From IMG/VR virus record IMGVR_UViG_3300042554_000410, positions 1 to 64,000 of that record: a DNA stretch of 64,000 nt; one strand, written 5' to 3'. Origin of the DNA: a virus. Its lineage: Duplodnaviria; Caudoviricetes. This document shows, piece after piece, positions 31,411-38,924 of the stretch. Under the pieces are notes generated by a model. That model was given only the letters and a program-made list of their open reading frames with translations. It was not told the DNA's origin and made no database searches. How positions within the stretch are numbered: position 1 is the first letter of the stretch; the number at the start of each line of letters is the position of its first letter. The position numbers and the translations under genes are program-made.

Positions 31411-31541
31411 TTATAATGATTTACTGAGCAACCTAATCTCATCAATAGCCTTAGACTTCTCTTCTTTGTCTCTAGAGCCTACAAGAAGATATAGTATGAG
31501 ACATGCTATGTGTTTTTCGGTTGTCATTATCACTCTCTAAA

Positions 31542-31617
31542 TGGTGCTGCCTCTCTGAATCGAACAGAGTCCCCACGCTCTTCAGGCGTATGTACGCACC
31601 AGCTATACCAAGGCAGC
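31542..31617 (-). tRNA. tRNA-Phe(GAA)
   Basis: TACGC-CT-GAA-GA-GCGTG, CCA. Confidence 0.93.
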
Positions 31618-32292
31618 CAGAATTTTTCTTGTTTCTTCCCAATTTTTTACATTATACACTACATCGGCCACTTTTGCAAGAGGATAATCGTTTCCACCTT
31701 TCTCGCACTTGTCGCCAAAGAATACCAGTTTATTCTCTATCCAATCTTTAACTTGCGACTTATCTTTTCCTTTTGGATAGATATCAAGTCCAGTCTCGCC
31801 AGCAATAGTGCAATCCAGTTCAGGAAATAGTTTTCTGATACGTTCTGCAATTTGCACTCGTTCATTTGTTGCATTGTCCCATTCGACATACAATGCTCTT
31901 TGTGCTTTGTCTGCATTACGACCAACGACTGAGAAATTGACCATTCCTGTTCTCATCTCAGAATGTTTGCCAGTACGAATGTTAAAGCCACTCTTGCGCT
32001 TTTCATATTCCAAAGTCATGAACAAGATACCGCCCGCTTTCCAAGTGGACTGATATCTAACTTTGTCTTTTGAACGAACTTCGTTGCCACAGCAATTGAA
32101 TATAAACGAACACGAATCAATAACTTCTTGACCTACTTGTTCTAATGTTTTTGGATAATCTGAGCCTGTAACAAGACACACATCATGCTTGTTCGCAAAC
32201 TCAACAAACTCTTTGCGAAATTGTTCTTCCATTACTGAACGACTAGGAGTCAGTGTACCATCAACATCAAAACAGTAAGTAGTCTTTTCCAT
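31603..32292 (-). CDS. HAD-IIB (eukaryote-type) phosphomannomutase
   Basis: FDVDGTLT, VTGSD, RTGMVNFS..GR, FFGD....GGNDY. Confidence 0.88.
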   Translation of the reverse strand: MEKTTYCFDVDGTLTPSRSVMEEQFRKEFVEFANKHDVCLVTGSDYPKTLEQVGQEVIDSCSFIFNCCGNEVRSKDKVRYQSTWKAGGILFMTLEYEKRKSGFNIRTGKHSEMRTGMVNFSVVGRNADKAQRALYVEWDNATNERVQIAERIRKLFPELDCTIAGETGLDIYPKGKDKSQVKDWIENKLVFFGDKCEKGGNDYPLAKVADVVYNVKNWEETRKILAALV

Positions 32293-32293
32293 T

Positions 32294-32440
32294 TCAACCT
32301 TTCAACAATTGAGGCGCCGATTCGTTCAATTGCTTATTTTCGTATTCTTTCTTCTTAGCATCATATTGTTCATTTGTCAAGTTATGCCAACCGCAACACT
32401 TGCCATCTGGACTACGTCCACAACCACAGTCTTTACTCAT
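32294..32440 (-). CDS. small CDGSH-like Cys/His protein (48 aa)
   Basis: MSKDCGCGRSPDGKCCGWH...; GGAG SD. Confidence 0.6.
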   Translation of the reverse strand: MSKDCGCGRSPDGKCCGWHNLTNEQYDAKKKEYENKQLNESAPQLLKG

Positions 32441-32455
32441 TTGTTTCTCCTATAT

Positions 32456-32546
32456 TGGCGGACAGAGTGGGATTTGAACCCACGATACCTTATTAGGGTA
32501 TGCCTCGTTAGCAGTGAGGTGCCTTCGACCGCTCGGCCATCTGTCC
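32456..32546 (-). tRNA. tRNA-Ser(GCT)
   Basis: Loop CT-GCT-AA, long variable arm, G73, CCA. Confidence 0.95.
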
Positions 32547-32962
32547 TAATTCTGTATAATAATCGTCGTGTTTTCCTTACCGTACTCGCTGACAATTCTA
32601 TATAGCCACTTTGCATTCTGCGGGTGCAGACGGATGCAGCCGTGAGATGCTGGTCTACCAAGACGCTTTAAATCTTCCGTCGCATGTATTGCATATCCGT
32701 CAAGAAAGAAGATAGAATTTGGCATCGGCGCATTATCATACTTACGAGAATAGTGCATCTTGACCATATGATACGGCTGAAACACACCGCGAGGAGTATT
32801 GTATCCCTTTCGCCCAGTAGAAACATTCCACTCATAATAGTCCGTTGGTGTTTCTACTAACATGATTTGATCCGAGACATCAACCGTGATGATTACATCT
32901 TCGGCCTTAGCAACTCCAGTCATTGCAACCAGAGCCGCCATCATAACGAAAAACTTCTTCAT
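32546..32962 (-). CDS. L,D-transpeptidase (YkuD family)
   Basis: Signal peptide; VSTG...TP.G, AIH...ASHGCIRL. Confidence 0.92.
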   Translation of the reverse strand: MKKFFVMMAALVAMTGVAKAEDVIITVDVSDQIMLVETPTDYYEWNVSTGRKGYNTPRGVFQPYHMVKMHYSRKYDNAPMPNSIFFLDGYAIHATEDLKRLGRPASHGCIRLHPQNAKWLYRIVSEYGKENTTIIIQN

Positions 32963-33459
32963 GCTACCTTATCTTCCTTAGGCAAATGTTGAATTGCGTC
33001 CTTGTAACGGTCAGCGCAGTAAGATGCTGCCCATGCGTTTGGCTTTACAAGCGGAATCACATTACACATTCCACGAATATAACCTACAGCTTCATTTATA
33101 ACACAAGATGAGCCGTGTTTCAAGTCAGGATTTATGTCTAAGTGAATTTCAACTCCACGTTCACCAATTGCTTCCTCTAAGTCAAGATACAACTGTGCCG
33201 TCTTCATTACCTCATTCATGAGACGCATACGTGGCTTGTCCTTCTGCTGGTCATAGTCACGTTCACGAACAACAGAACCAAATACGCGACAACCATTCTT
33301 TCCATTCTTATGCACAACTACCACGTTGATGTAGTCGGCATACCAAATTCCATCTATCTGGAAACGTTCTGAGTCGCCACCAAGATATATCTTTGTTTCT
33401 GGAGTTTGTGCTTGAATGAATGCGCGGACTTCTTCCATGTTCATGTTTTTGCGTATCAT
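32959..33459 (-). CDS. RNase H-like YkuK-family protein
   Basis: IYLGGDS, RLMNEV, EIHLDIN, KP.AWAASYCAD. Confidence 0.85.
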   Translation of the reverse strand: MIRKNMNMEEVRAFIQAQTPETKIYLGGDSERFQIDGIWYADYINVVVVHKNGKNGCRVFGSVVRERDYDQQKDKPRMRLMNEVMKTAQLYLDLEEAIGERGVEIHLDINPDLKHGSSCVINEAVGYIRGMCNVIPLVKPNAWAASYCADRYKDAIQHLPKEDKVA

Positions 33460-34349
33460 TTTTGTTTTCCTAATTCTACCAAATCTTCTAGTACATTATA
33501 GAATGATTTGAGATGTTTTACAAGTTCTATTTTTTCTAGACTATCTGCATATATGGAATGCAAATTATCTTCATGCCACCACATTTCAAATTTTTCTATC
33601 GCAAAAAAATCTAGATTTTTTTGCCAAATTATATGATATATGCATTCCTCATCATGAACTTCTTTTAACAGTTCAATGACAACTTTTGCGATATTGTCAA
33701 ATATAAAATGAAATTTTTGAACTGTAGTTTTCTTTCCACCTAATATTCCAGCAATTGCGTGATAATTAATGGTATCAAGTCTTTGATCTATAATATTTCT
33801 TCTGTAAAACACAGGATAAGTATTATTAATAGCAAACATTAAAAATCTGTCTTCCGTTTTCTTTTTCATACCTTCAATTAGTTCATTACAGAATAAATCT
33901 GAATTATAATATTCAGATGTGCTATTGTCTGCAAATATCAGATGTTTATCTGGTATCAGTCCTGAGTATGAAATTCCAACATCAATCCAAAATACGTAAT
34001 TGTAGTCTACAATTTCATTCATCCAGTAAGATTTTAGATATTGTATTTCTTGACATCTATCAGATGTTAACGCTTCCTCAAAGTTTTTATATTCATCAAA
34101 CAAGTCTTTCATGTAGAAATTTTCTAAGTTGTAAGGAACAATAATAACTTTTGTTTTTGCTATAGGTTCAATAAATTCTCTTACATCAGATTCTTGTAAA
34201 GGATCACAGTAGATGTAGAAATCTGCATTTGTAATTTTAAGAAGTGACGCAAGAGAGTGTAAATATTGATGATATCTGTGTTGTCTTCCGCCATAATTTG
34301 TGCCGTGAAGATTAGTATAGAAACATGTCACAATAGCTGTATCGTTCAT
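33456..34349 (-). CDS. HtrL/WlaTC-like glycosyltransferase
   Basis: T.IVT, FWIDVG, AGILGG; start MNDTA downstream of tRNA-Ser. Confidence 0.65.
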   Translation of the reverse strand: MNDTAIVTCFYTNLHGTNYGGRQHRYHQYLHSLASLLKITNADFYIYCDPLQESDVREFIEPIAKTKVIIVPYNLENFYMKDLFDEYKNFEEALTSDRCQEIQYLKSYWMNEIVDYNYVFWIDVGISYSGLIPDKHLIFADNSTSEYYNSDLFCNELIEGMKKKTEDRFLMFAINNTYPVFYRRNIIDQRLDTINYHAIAGILGGKKTTVQKFHFIFDNIAKVVIELLKEVHDEECIYHIIWQKNLDFFAIEKFEMWWHEDNLHSIYADSLEKIELVKHLKSFYNVLEDLVELGKQK

Positions 34350-34363
34350 TATTACTCTCAATA

Positions 34364-34451
34364 TGGCGGATAGAGTAGGATTCGAACCCACGAAACATTG
34401 CTGTTCTCCAGTTTTCAAGACTGGCGCCTTCAACCACTCGGCCATCTATCC
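34364..34451 (-). tRNA. tRNA-Ser(TGA)
   Basis: CCAGT-CT-TGA-AA-ACTGG, long variable arm, CCA. Confidence 0.95.
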
Positions 34452-34505
34452 AAAATTCGATGCGATTTCTTATAGTGGTTACGCCCTCCACTTTTAGTAT
34501 ATAGT

Positions 34506-34582
34506 TGGCGCACTCGGATGGACTCAAACCACCAACCTCCGGTTTCGTAGACCGGCATTCTATTCAGTTGAACTACGAGTGC
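34506..34582 (-). tRNA. tRNA-Arg(ACG)
   Basis: CCGGT-CT-ACG-AA-ACCGG, CCA. Confidence 0.93.
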
Positions 34583-35095
34583 TTATCTGAGCCAATTAAT
34601 TATTTTGAAATGGAATGCAATGGTCACTCTTAACTTAAAGCATTCTCTTGAAGGAGCTTTTCCATAATGTAGCACGTTTGAAGGGAAAAAAATACCTTTA
34701 TTGTGTTTTGGAATTATAGTTATAATTTTTTTGTTTATATTAAATAGAGTTTCTCCGCCCCAATCAGATTTCCAATCTTCATTAACATAATATACAAAAG
34801 TATATTGATCCGAATCGAGACTGTCAGTGTGCCAACATCCATCTAAACCATATGTTTGTCCGTTAGCAAAAACTCTTCTAAGATCACACTGCACTCCTAT
34901 TTTAAATTGAATTTTTTCAAACAGATTCGTTGTGAAAAAAGAATCGTCTCTAAGTTGAATAAACCAAAATCTACTTTTACTTTCTGGAGTAGCCGAATGT
35001 CCAAATTTCCACGAAGATTTGTCTATTTTCTTGACAATTTTTAATCTGTCATCATCATCAAACACATTATCAAATTCTTCGACTGTGTTTCTCAT
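34583..35095 (-). CDS. 2OG-Fe(II) oxygenase (prolyl-hydroxylase-like)
   Basis: HTD, YYVN..W...WGGET, H, R.T.AF. Confidence 0.85.
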   Translation of the reverse strand: MRNTVEEFDNVFDDDDRLKIVKKIDKSSWKFGHSATPESKSRFWFIQLRDDSFFTTNLFEKIQFKIGVQCDLRRVFANGQTYGLDGCWHTDSLDSDQYTFVYYVNEDWKSDWGGETLFNINKKIITIIPKHNKGIFFPSNVLHYGKAPSRECFKLRVTIAFHFKIINWLR

Positions 35096-35110
35096 CTTAC
35101 GCCTTTTGTT

Positions 35111-35186
35111 TGGAGGAGACGGCCAGATTCGAACTGGCACCTCAAGGATTTGCAGTCCCGTACATTAACCGTTTTGCTACGTCTCC
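35111..35186 (-). tRNA. tRNA-Cys(GCA)
   Basis: Loop CT-GCA-AA, U73, CCA. Confidence 0.92.
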
Positions 35187-35605
35187 GGATTTATTTTAAA
35201 ATGTTCAACAGCAATTCTTCTTCTTAACTCTGATGAACTGAAACTGTGTTCGCGCTTATTAAAATGATATTTCATCTTTGATATTTTATAACCTGTGAAT
35301 GCTTTACCTCTATACTCTTCACCAAGTATACGTATATTTATAGGAAGCATGTTTAGGATATCAAGCAATTCTGCTTCTGTAGAATACACAATAATCTCAT
35401 CAACAAACTTGCAGGCTCTTACTTGTAATTGCCTTTCAATCAAACTTTGAACTGGTTTGTTTTTCTCTGGTCTATCAATTGTAGGATCCACTTGTAGTCC
35501 AACAATTAACCAATCACATTGCTGCTTTGCTTCTTCTAACATTGCAACATGACCAGCATGAAACAAATCAAACGTAGAACATGTAAATCCAATAATCTTG
35601 TTCAT
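35177..35605 (-). CDS. glycerol-3-phosphate cytidylyltransferase-like
   Basis: STFDLFHAGH, KNKP, R.HSFSSS. Confidence 0.88.
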   Translation of the reverse strand: MNKIIGFTCSTFDLFHAGHVAMLEEAKQQCDWLIVGLQVDPTIDRPEKNKPVQSLIERQLQVRACKFVDEIIVYSTEAELLDILNMLPINIRILGEEYRGKAFTGYKISKMKYHFNKREHSFSSSELRRRIAVEHFKINPET

Positions 35606-35621
35606 AATGTTTTCTCCTAAT

Positions 35622-35695
35622 TGGCTGCCCTTCGTGGATTCGAACCACAATTGCTGGAGTCAGAGGCCAGAGTCCTGCCGTTAGACGAAAGGGCA
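35622..35695 (-). tRNA. tRNA-Gln(CTG)
   Basis: Loop CT-CTG-AC, U1-A72, CCA. Confidence 0.93.
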
Positions 35696-35696
35696 A

Positions 35697-35770
35697 TGGT
35701 ACTGCATAGTGGAATCGAACCACTGTAATCGGCTCCACAAACCGATGTTCTACCATTGAACTAATGCAGC
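35697..35770 (-). tRNA. tRNA-His(GTG), alphaproteobacterial type
   Basis: Loop TT-GTG-GA; G1:U72, A73, no G-1. Confidence 0.92.
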
Positions 35771-35779
35771 ACTTGTAAT

Positions 35780-36526
35780 CTACATATGACAGAAAAATAA
35801 TTTTTCATCTTCTGTGAGTAAAGACCAAAATATATTGTTTAAGTGTTTACGAAAAAACATTATGTTTTGGTATAGGTCTTCCGAAAAATGAAAGTCTGCG
35901 TATCTTGCTGCTATACCTATTTCTAGACCTTCGGCGATTTGTGGAACTTTATTGTTTTGTAGTTTCCAATAAAGTTCTTCCCATTTATCAATGAAATATT
36001 TAAGTTTAAATGTATTGCGAAATACTATAAAACCTTCTTGAAATGTAAATATGGAATCGTTCTTATCAAATTCCAACACATCATATTTCTCATCGTAAGC
36101 TTCTCTGTGTCCAGAAGAAAATAGCGGCGTTACTATATCAAATCTTTCTCTTTTACACTCTTCTAAGAAATTCTGAATTTTCAGTTCTTCATATGAATCA
36201 TTAAATACGAAGTCACTATCAATGTATATTATGTATTCCGATGTAGATTTTTGAAACGCATTTTTTAGTGCTAAAAATTTTAGATTATAGTTGAAGTGAG
36301 AAGTCGATTGAATTTCTTCATTCTCGTAAAATATAGGATATTTTTCAGGTATCTTATATGTGTATAAATTTTTTATGTTTGGCACAATATCATTTGTTGT
36401 TAAATAAACTTTTGCGTTGTTGTGTTTATTTTTATCTTCAACAAAACTTGCCGCTAACTCGGAATAAGGAGATTTAAATCGCCAATTGTATCCAGCAGAT
36501 AGCATTGTATAATCATATGTAATCAT
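35780..36526 (-). CDS. glycosyltransferase-like protein (AT-rich)
   Basis: FNYNLK...IYIDSD (DxD). Confidence 0.6.
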   Translation of the reverse strand: MITYDYTMLSAGYNWRFKSPYSELAASFVEDKNKHNNAKVYLTTNDIVPNIKNLYTYKIPEKYPIFYENEEIQSTSHFNYNLKFLALKNAFQKSTSEYIIYIDSDFVFNDSYEELKIQNFLEECKRERFDIVTPLFSSGHREAYDEKYDVLEFDKNDSIFTFQEGFIVFRNTFKLKYFIDKWEELYWKLQNNKVPQIAEGLEIGIAARYADFHFSEDLYQNIMFFRKHLNNIFWSLLTEDEKLFFCHM

Positions 36527-36548
36527 AATATGTCCTATACTTTAGAAA

Positions 36549-36625
36549 TGGTTGCGGGAGTGGGATTCGAACCGCACGATCTTCGACTTATGAGGCCGAT
36601 GAGATGACCGCTTCTCTATCCCGCA
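36549..36625 (-). tRNA. tRNA-Met(CAT), initiator-like
   Basis: TGCGGGA acceptor, A11-U24-type D stem, CT-CAT-AA, ACCA. Confidence 0.88.
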
Positions 36626-36628
36626 ATG

Positions 36629-37147
36629 TCAATGTTGTATTGTTTTAAAATTAACGGCGATAACCGTTTTTCTACCTTTCGATTTGTTGAAACTTGATCT
36701 ATGTTCTAGTAGAGATGGAAATAAAATGAAATCGCCTTCTTTTACGTTTGCTGTGTAAGTTTCTTCACTATTAAGAGGATTTCTAAATTCAGTAGCCGGA
36801 GAATCCTCTGGCAATTCAAGATAATACACTAAATTCCAATCTGATCCTGAATGTCTATGCCATTCATGATGATCATTGGTTTCATATTGTTGAAACCAAT
36901 AACGACCCATTTCAAATCGATCATAATGCATATTTTTAAAATATCTTTTCAAGATTGGATTGAAATACATCATTAGCGTTTCGATGTATTCGCTATTATG
37001 ATTAGGATATTGCCAATCGCTCTTTGTAACTTTTTCACCATCAAGTAGAGTGTTACATCCAACAGACTCTTCTATCATCTGTAGAAAATCTTTTTTAAGA
37101 TGATTGTGTTTATGAAACGACTCAATTATTAATGGTATTTGGAACAC
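36629..37147 (-). CDS. putative 2OG-Fe(II) oxygenase
   Basis: WFQQY...H.WH.H, VYYL, EGD.ILFPS.L.H, R; GTG start after GGAG. Confidence 0.8.
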   Translation of the reverse strand: MFQIPLIIESFHKHNHLKKDFLQMIEESVGCNTLLDGEKVTKSDWQYPNHNSEYIETLMMYFNPILKRYFKNMHYDRFEMGRYWFQQYETNDHHEWHRHSGSDWNLVYYLELPEDSPATEFRNPLNSEETYTANVKEGDFILFPSLLEHRSSFNKSKGRKTVIAVNFKTIQH

Positions 37148-37190
37148 TATAAACTCTCCGCTGTCGATTGTAAGTATATATGTCGCAAAT

Positions 37191-37265
37191 TGGTAGAGCA
37201 TACGGGAGTCGAACCCGTCTCTCATCCTTGAAAGGGATGTGACCTAACCGATAGTCGAATGCTCC
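37191..37265 (-). tRNA. tRNA-Glu(TTC)
   Basis: CATCC-CT-TTC-AA-GGATG, CCA. Confidence 0.93.
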
Positions 37266-37276
37266 ATTAATAGTTT

Positions 37277-37352
37277 GTCAATCGTATAGGATTTGCACCT
37301 ATGTTTCATCCGACTCCGCAGATGTTTCCTAACTTCTAGAAGAACGATTAAC
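37277..37352 (-). ncRNA. tRNA-like RNA, copy 1
   Basis: Four-arm fold without canonical anticodon loop or CCA; near-identical copy at 38607-38680. Confidence 0.7.
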
Positions 37353-37356
37353 AATA

Positions 37357-37431
37357 TGGAGAACCCTCTGGGATTCGAACCCAGGACAGACGGATTAAAA
37401 GCCCGCTACTCTACCACTGAGTTAAGGGTTC
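37357..37431 (-). tRNA. tRNA-Lys(TTT)
   Basis: GCGGG-CT-TTT-AA-TCCGT, CCA. Confidence 0.95.
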
Positions 37432-37434
37432 AAT

Positions 37435-37508
37435 TGGCTGGGAGACTAGGATTCGAACCTAGATAGTTGGAATCAAAATCCAACGTCCTGCCGTTAGACG
37501 ATCTCCCA
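37435..37508 (-). tRNA. tRNA-Gln(TTG)
   Basis: TTGGA-TT-TTG-AT-TCCAA, CCA. Confidence 0.95.
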
Positions 37509-37542
37509 ATAATTGGTGCCTAGTCCGGAACTAGGACTTAAA

Positions 37543-37616
37543 TGGTTGGCCAGTAGAGAATCGAACTCTCATCGGACGCCTATCAAGCGCCTGCTTTACC
37601 ATTAAGCTACAAGCCA
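37543..37616 (-). tRNA. tRNA-Ile(GAT)
   Basis: GGCGC-TT-GAT-AG-GCGTC, CCA. Confidence 0.9.
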
Positions 37617-37622
37617 TTGAAT

Positions 37623-37783
37623 TGCACCGCATCATGATATCCTCATGTCTCCTGGTCAAGCGGGTGACCTCCCCTCAGACTTGCGACTAACACCGCTCAA
37701 AGTGTTAGTTAGAGGGCGTGGTGGAAAACAAAAACTCCATGTTGAGTACATTTCAGCGTTTTTGTTAACGGTACCACGGCGCA
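37623..37783 (-). ncRNA. candidate structured ncRNA (~160 nt)
   Basis: Closed by TGCGCCGT/GCGGTGCA; five or more internal helices. Confidence 0.55.
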
Positions 37784-37786
37784 CTT

Positions 37787-37872
37787 TGGTGGGTGAGGTA
37801 GGATTCGAACCTACTAAGTACTAGACAGGGGATTTACAGTCCGCCGCAACTCGCCATCGTTGCCGCTCACCC
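37787..37872 (-). tRNA. tRNA-Tyr(GTA)
   Basis: Loop CT-GTA-AA, long variable arm, CCA. Confidence 0.92.
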
Positions 37873-37992
37873 GAAACTTGTTGAGCCTCACGCTGCTTGG
37901 CTCAACTCATCTGTAACTTCTCGACTCATTCGCAGTAGCGTAGCTCCGCACTCAAACGTACGGCACCCTGCGCGATGGTGACAGATTGAATA

Positions 37993-38067
37993 TGGTGGAC
38001 CCTAAGAGAATCGAACTCTTACCCTCGCCGTGCAAAGGCGATGTGCTCCCATTATCACTAAGGGCCC
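37993..38067 (-). tRNA. tRNA-Ala(TGC)
   Basis: TCGCC-TT-TGC-AC-GGCGA; G3:U70; CCA. Confidence 0.95.
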
Positions 38068-38203
38068 TATTAATAGCTCCTGTCACTATCGCAGTCAGGC
38101 AAACGGTTACTTATTTAACGGTCTCTCTTTAATCGGCCGAAGAGAGAAAATCATTCAGTAACACCCTAGTTTATTTCAACCGTAAAGGGCATGTTTCTTG
38201 AAT

Positions 38204-38277
38204 TGGCACCAGTGCAAGGATTCGAACCCTGACAAACGGTTTTGGAGACCGCTGTGCTACCGTTACACCACACTGAT
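38204..38277 (-). tRNA. tRNA-Trp(CCA)
   Basis: GCGGT-CT-CCA-AA-ACCGT, CCA. Confidence 0.93.
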
Positions 38278-38511
38278 ATTGGCGACCCATTCCCCGACTT
38301 TTCGTATGCTGGACTTTCACTCTATTACTTGCCATAGAGATTAACCAGTTCTGTGCCACATTTCATTGGCTGCTACTACTAGCGGATCAAGACAGGTCAT
38401 AATTACGAATGAGGAAAGAAGCAGCATCAAAACTACGCCTACTGTTTCTTTTACACCAAATACTGGGCACTTTTGGGTGTGCTACATCGCAGTATTCGAT
38501 AACCTCAATAT

Positions 38512-38588
38512 TGGTCGGAGTACTAGGATTCGAACCCAGGACCCTCTGCTCCCAAAGCAGATGCGCTACCAGACTGCGCTACACTCCG
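38512..38588 (-). tRNA. tRNA-Pro(TGG)
   Basis: TCTGC-TT-TGG-GA-GCAGA, CCA. Confidence 0.96.
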
Positions 38589-38606
38589 TTATAATTTATA
38601 TAGTAT

Positions 38607-38680
38607 GTTATCGTATAGGATTTGCACCTATGTTTCATCCGACTCCGCAGATGTTTCCTAACTTCTAGAAGAACGATAAC
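38607..38680 (-). ncRNA. tRNA-like RNA, copy 2
   Basis: Core identical to 37277-37352 with compensated closing stem. Confidence 0.7.
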
Positions 38681-38685
38681 AATCT

Positions 38686-38759
38686 TGGCGACCTATGCGA
38701 GACTCAAACTCGCTACACCTCTTAGACAGAGAGGTATGATATCCATTCACTAATAGGCC
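38686..38759 (-). tRNA. tRNA-Asp(GTC)
   Basis: CCTCT-CT-GTC-TA-AGAGG, G73, CCA. Confidence 0.9.
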
Positions 38760-38849
38760 ATGTTAGGATAGTGAGTGCTAACGGCGTATCTAAATCACAC
38801 ATGACGCATCAACGCCGTATTGCCTGTATGATTGAAGTCACTCACTAAT

Positions 38850-38924
38850 TGGTGTGCCAGGTGAGAATTGAACTCACGACATTCGGTTTAAGAGACCGCT
38901 ACTCTACCACTGAGTTACTGGCGC
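38850..38924 (-). tRNA. tRNA-Lys(CTT)
   Basis: Loop CT-CTT-AA, CCA. Confidence 0.92.

Noticed and set aside
38075-38195. Pistol-ribozyme resemblance (GTTAAATA)
   Set aside because: The P1-loop pseudoknot partner and the conserved GCG/GU elements are not in the required order.
38280-38510. tmRNA
   Set aside because: No T arm, no G3:U70 acceptor and no tag reading frame.
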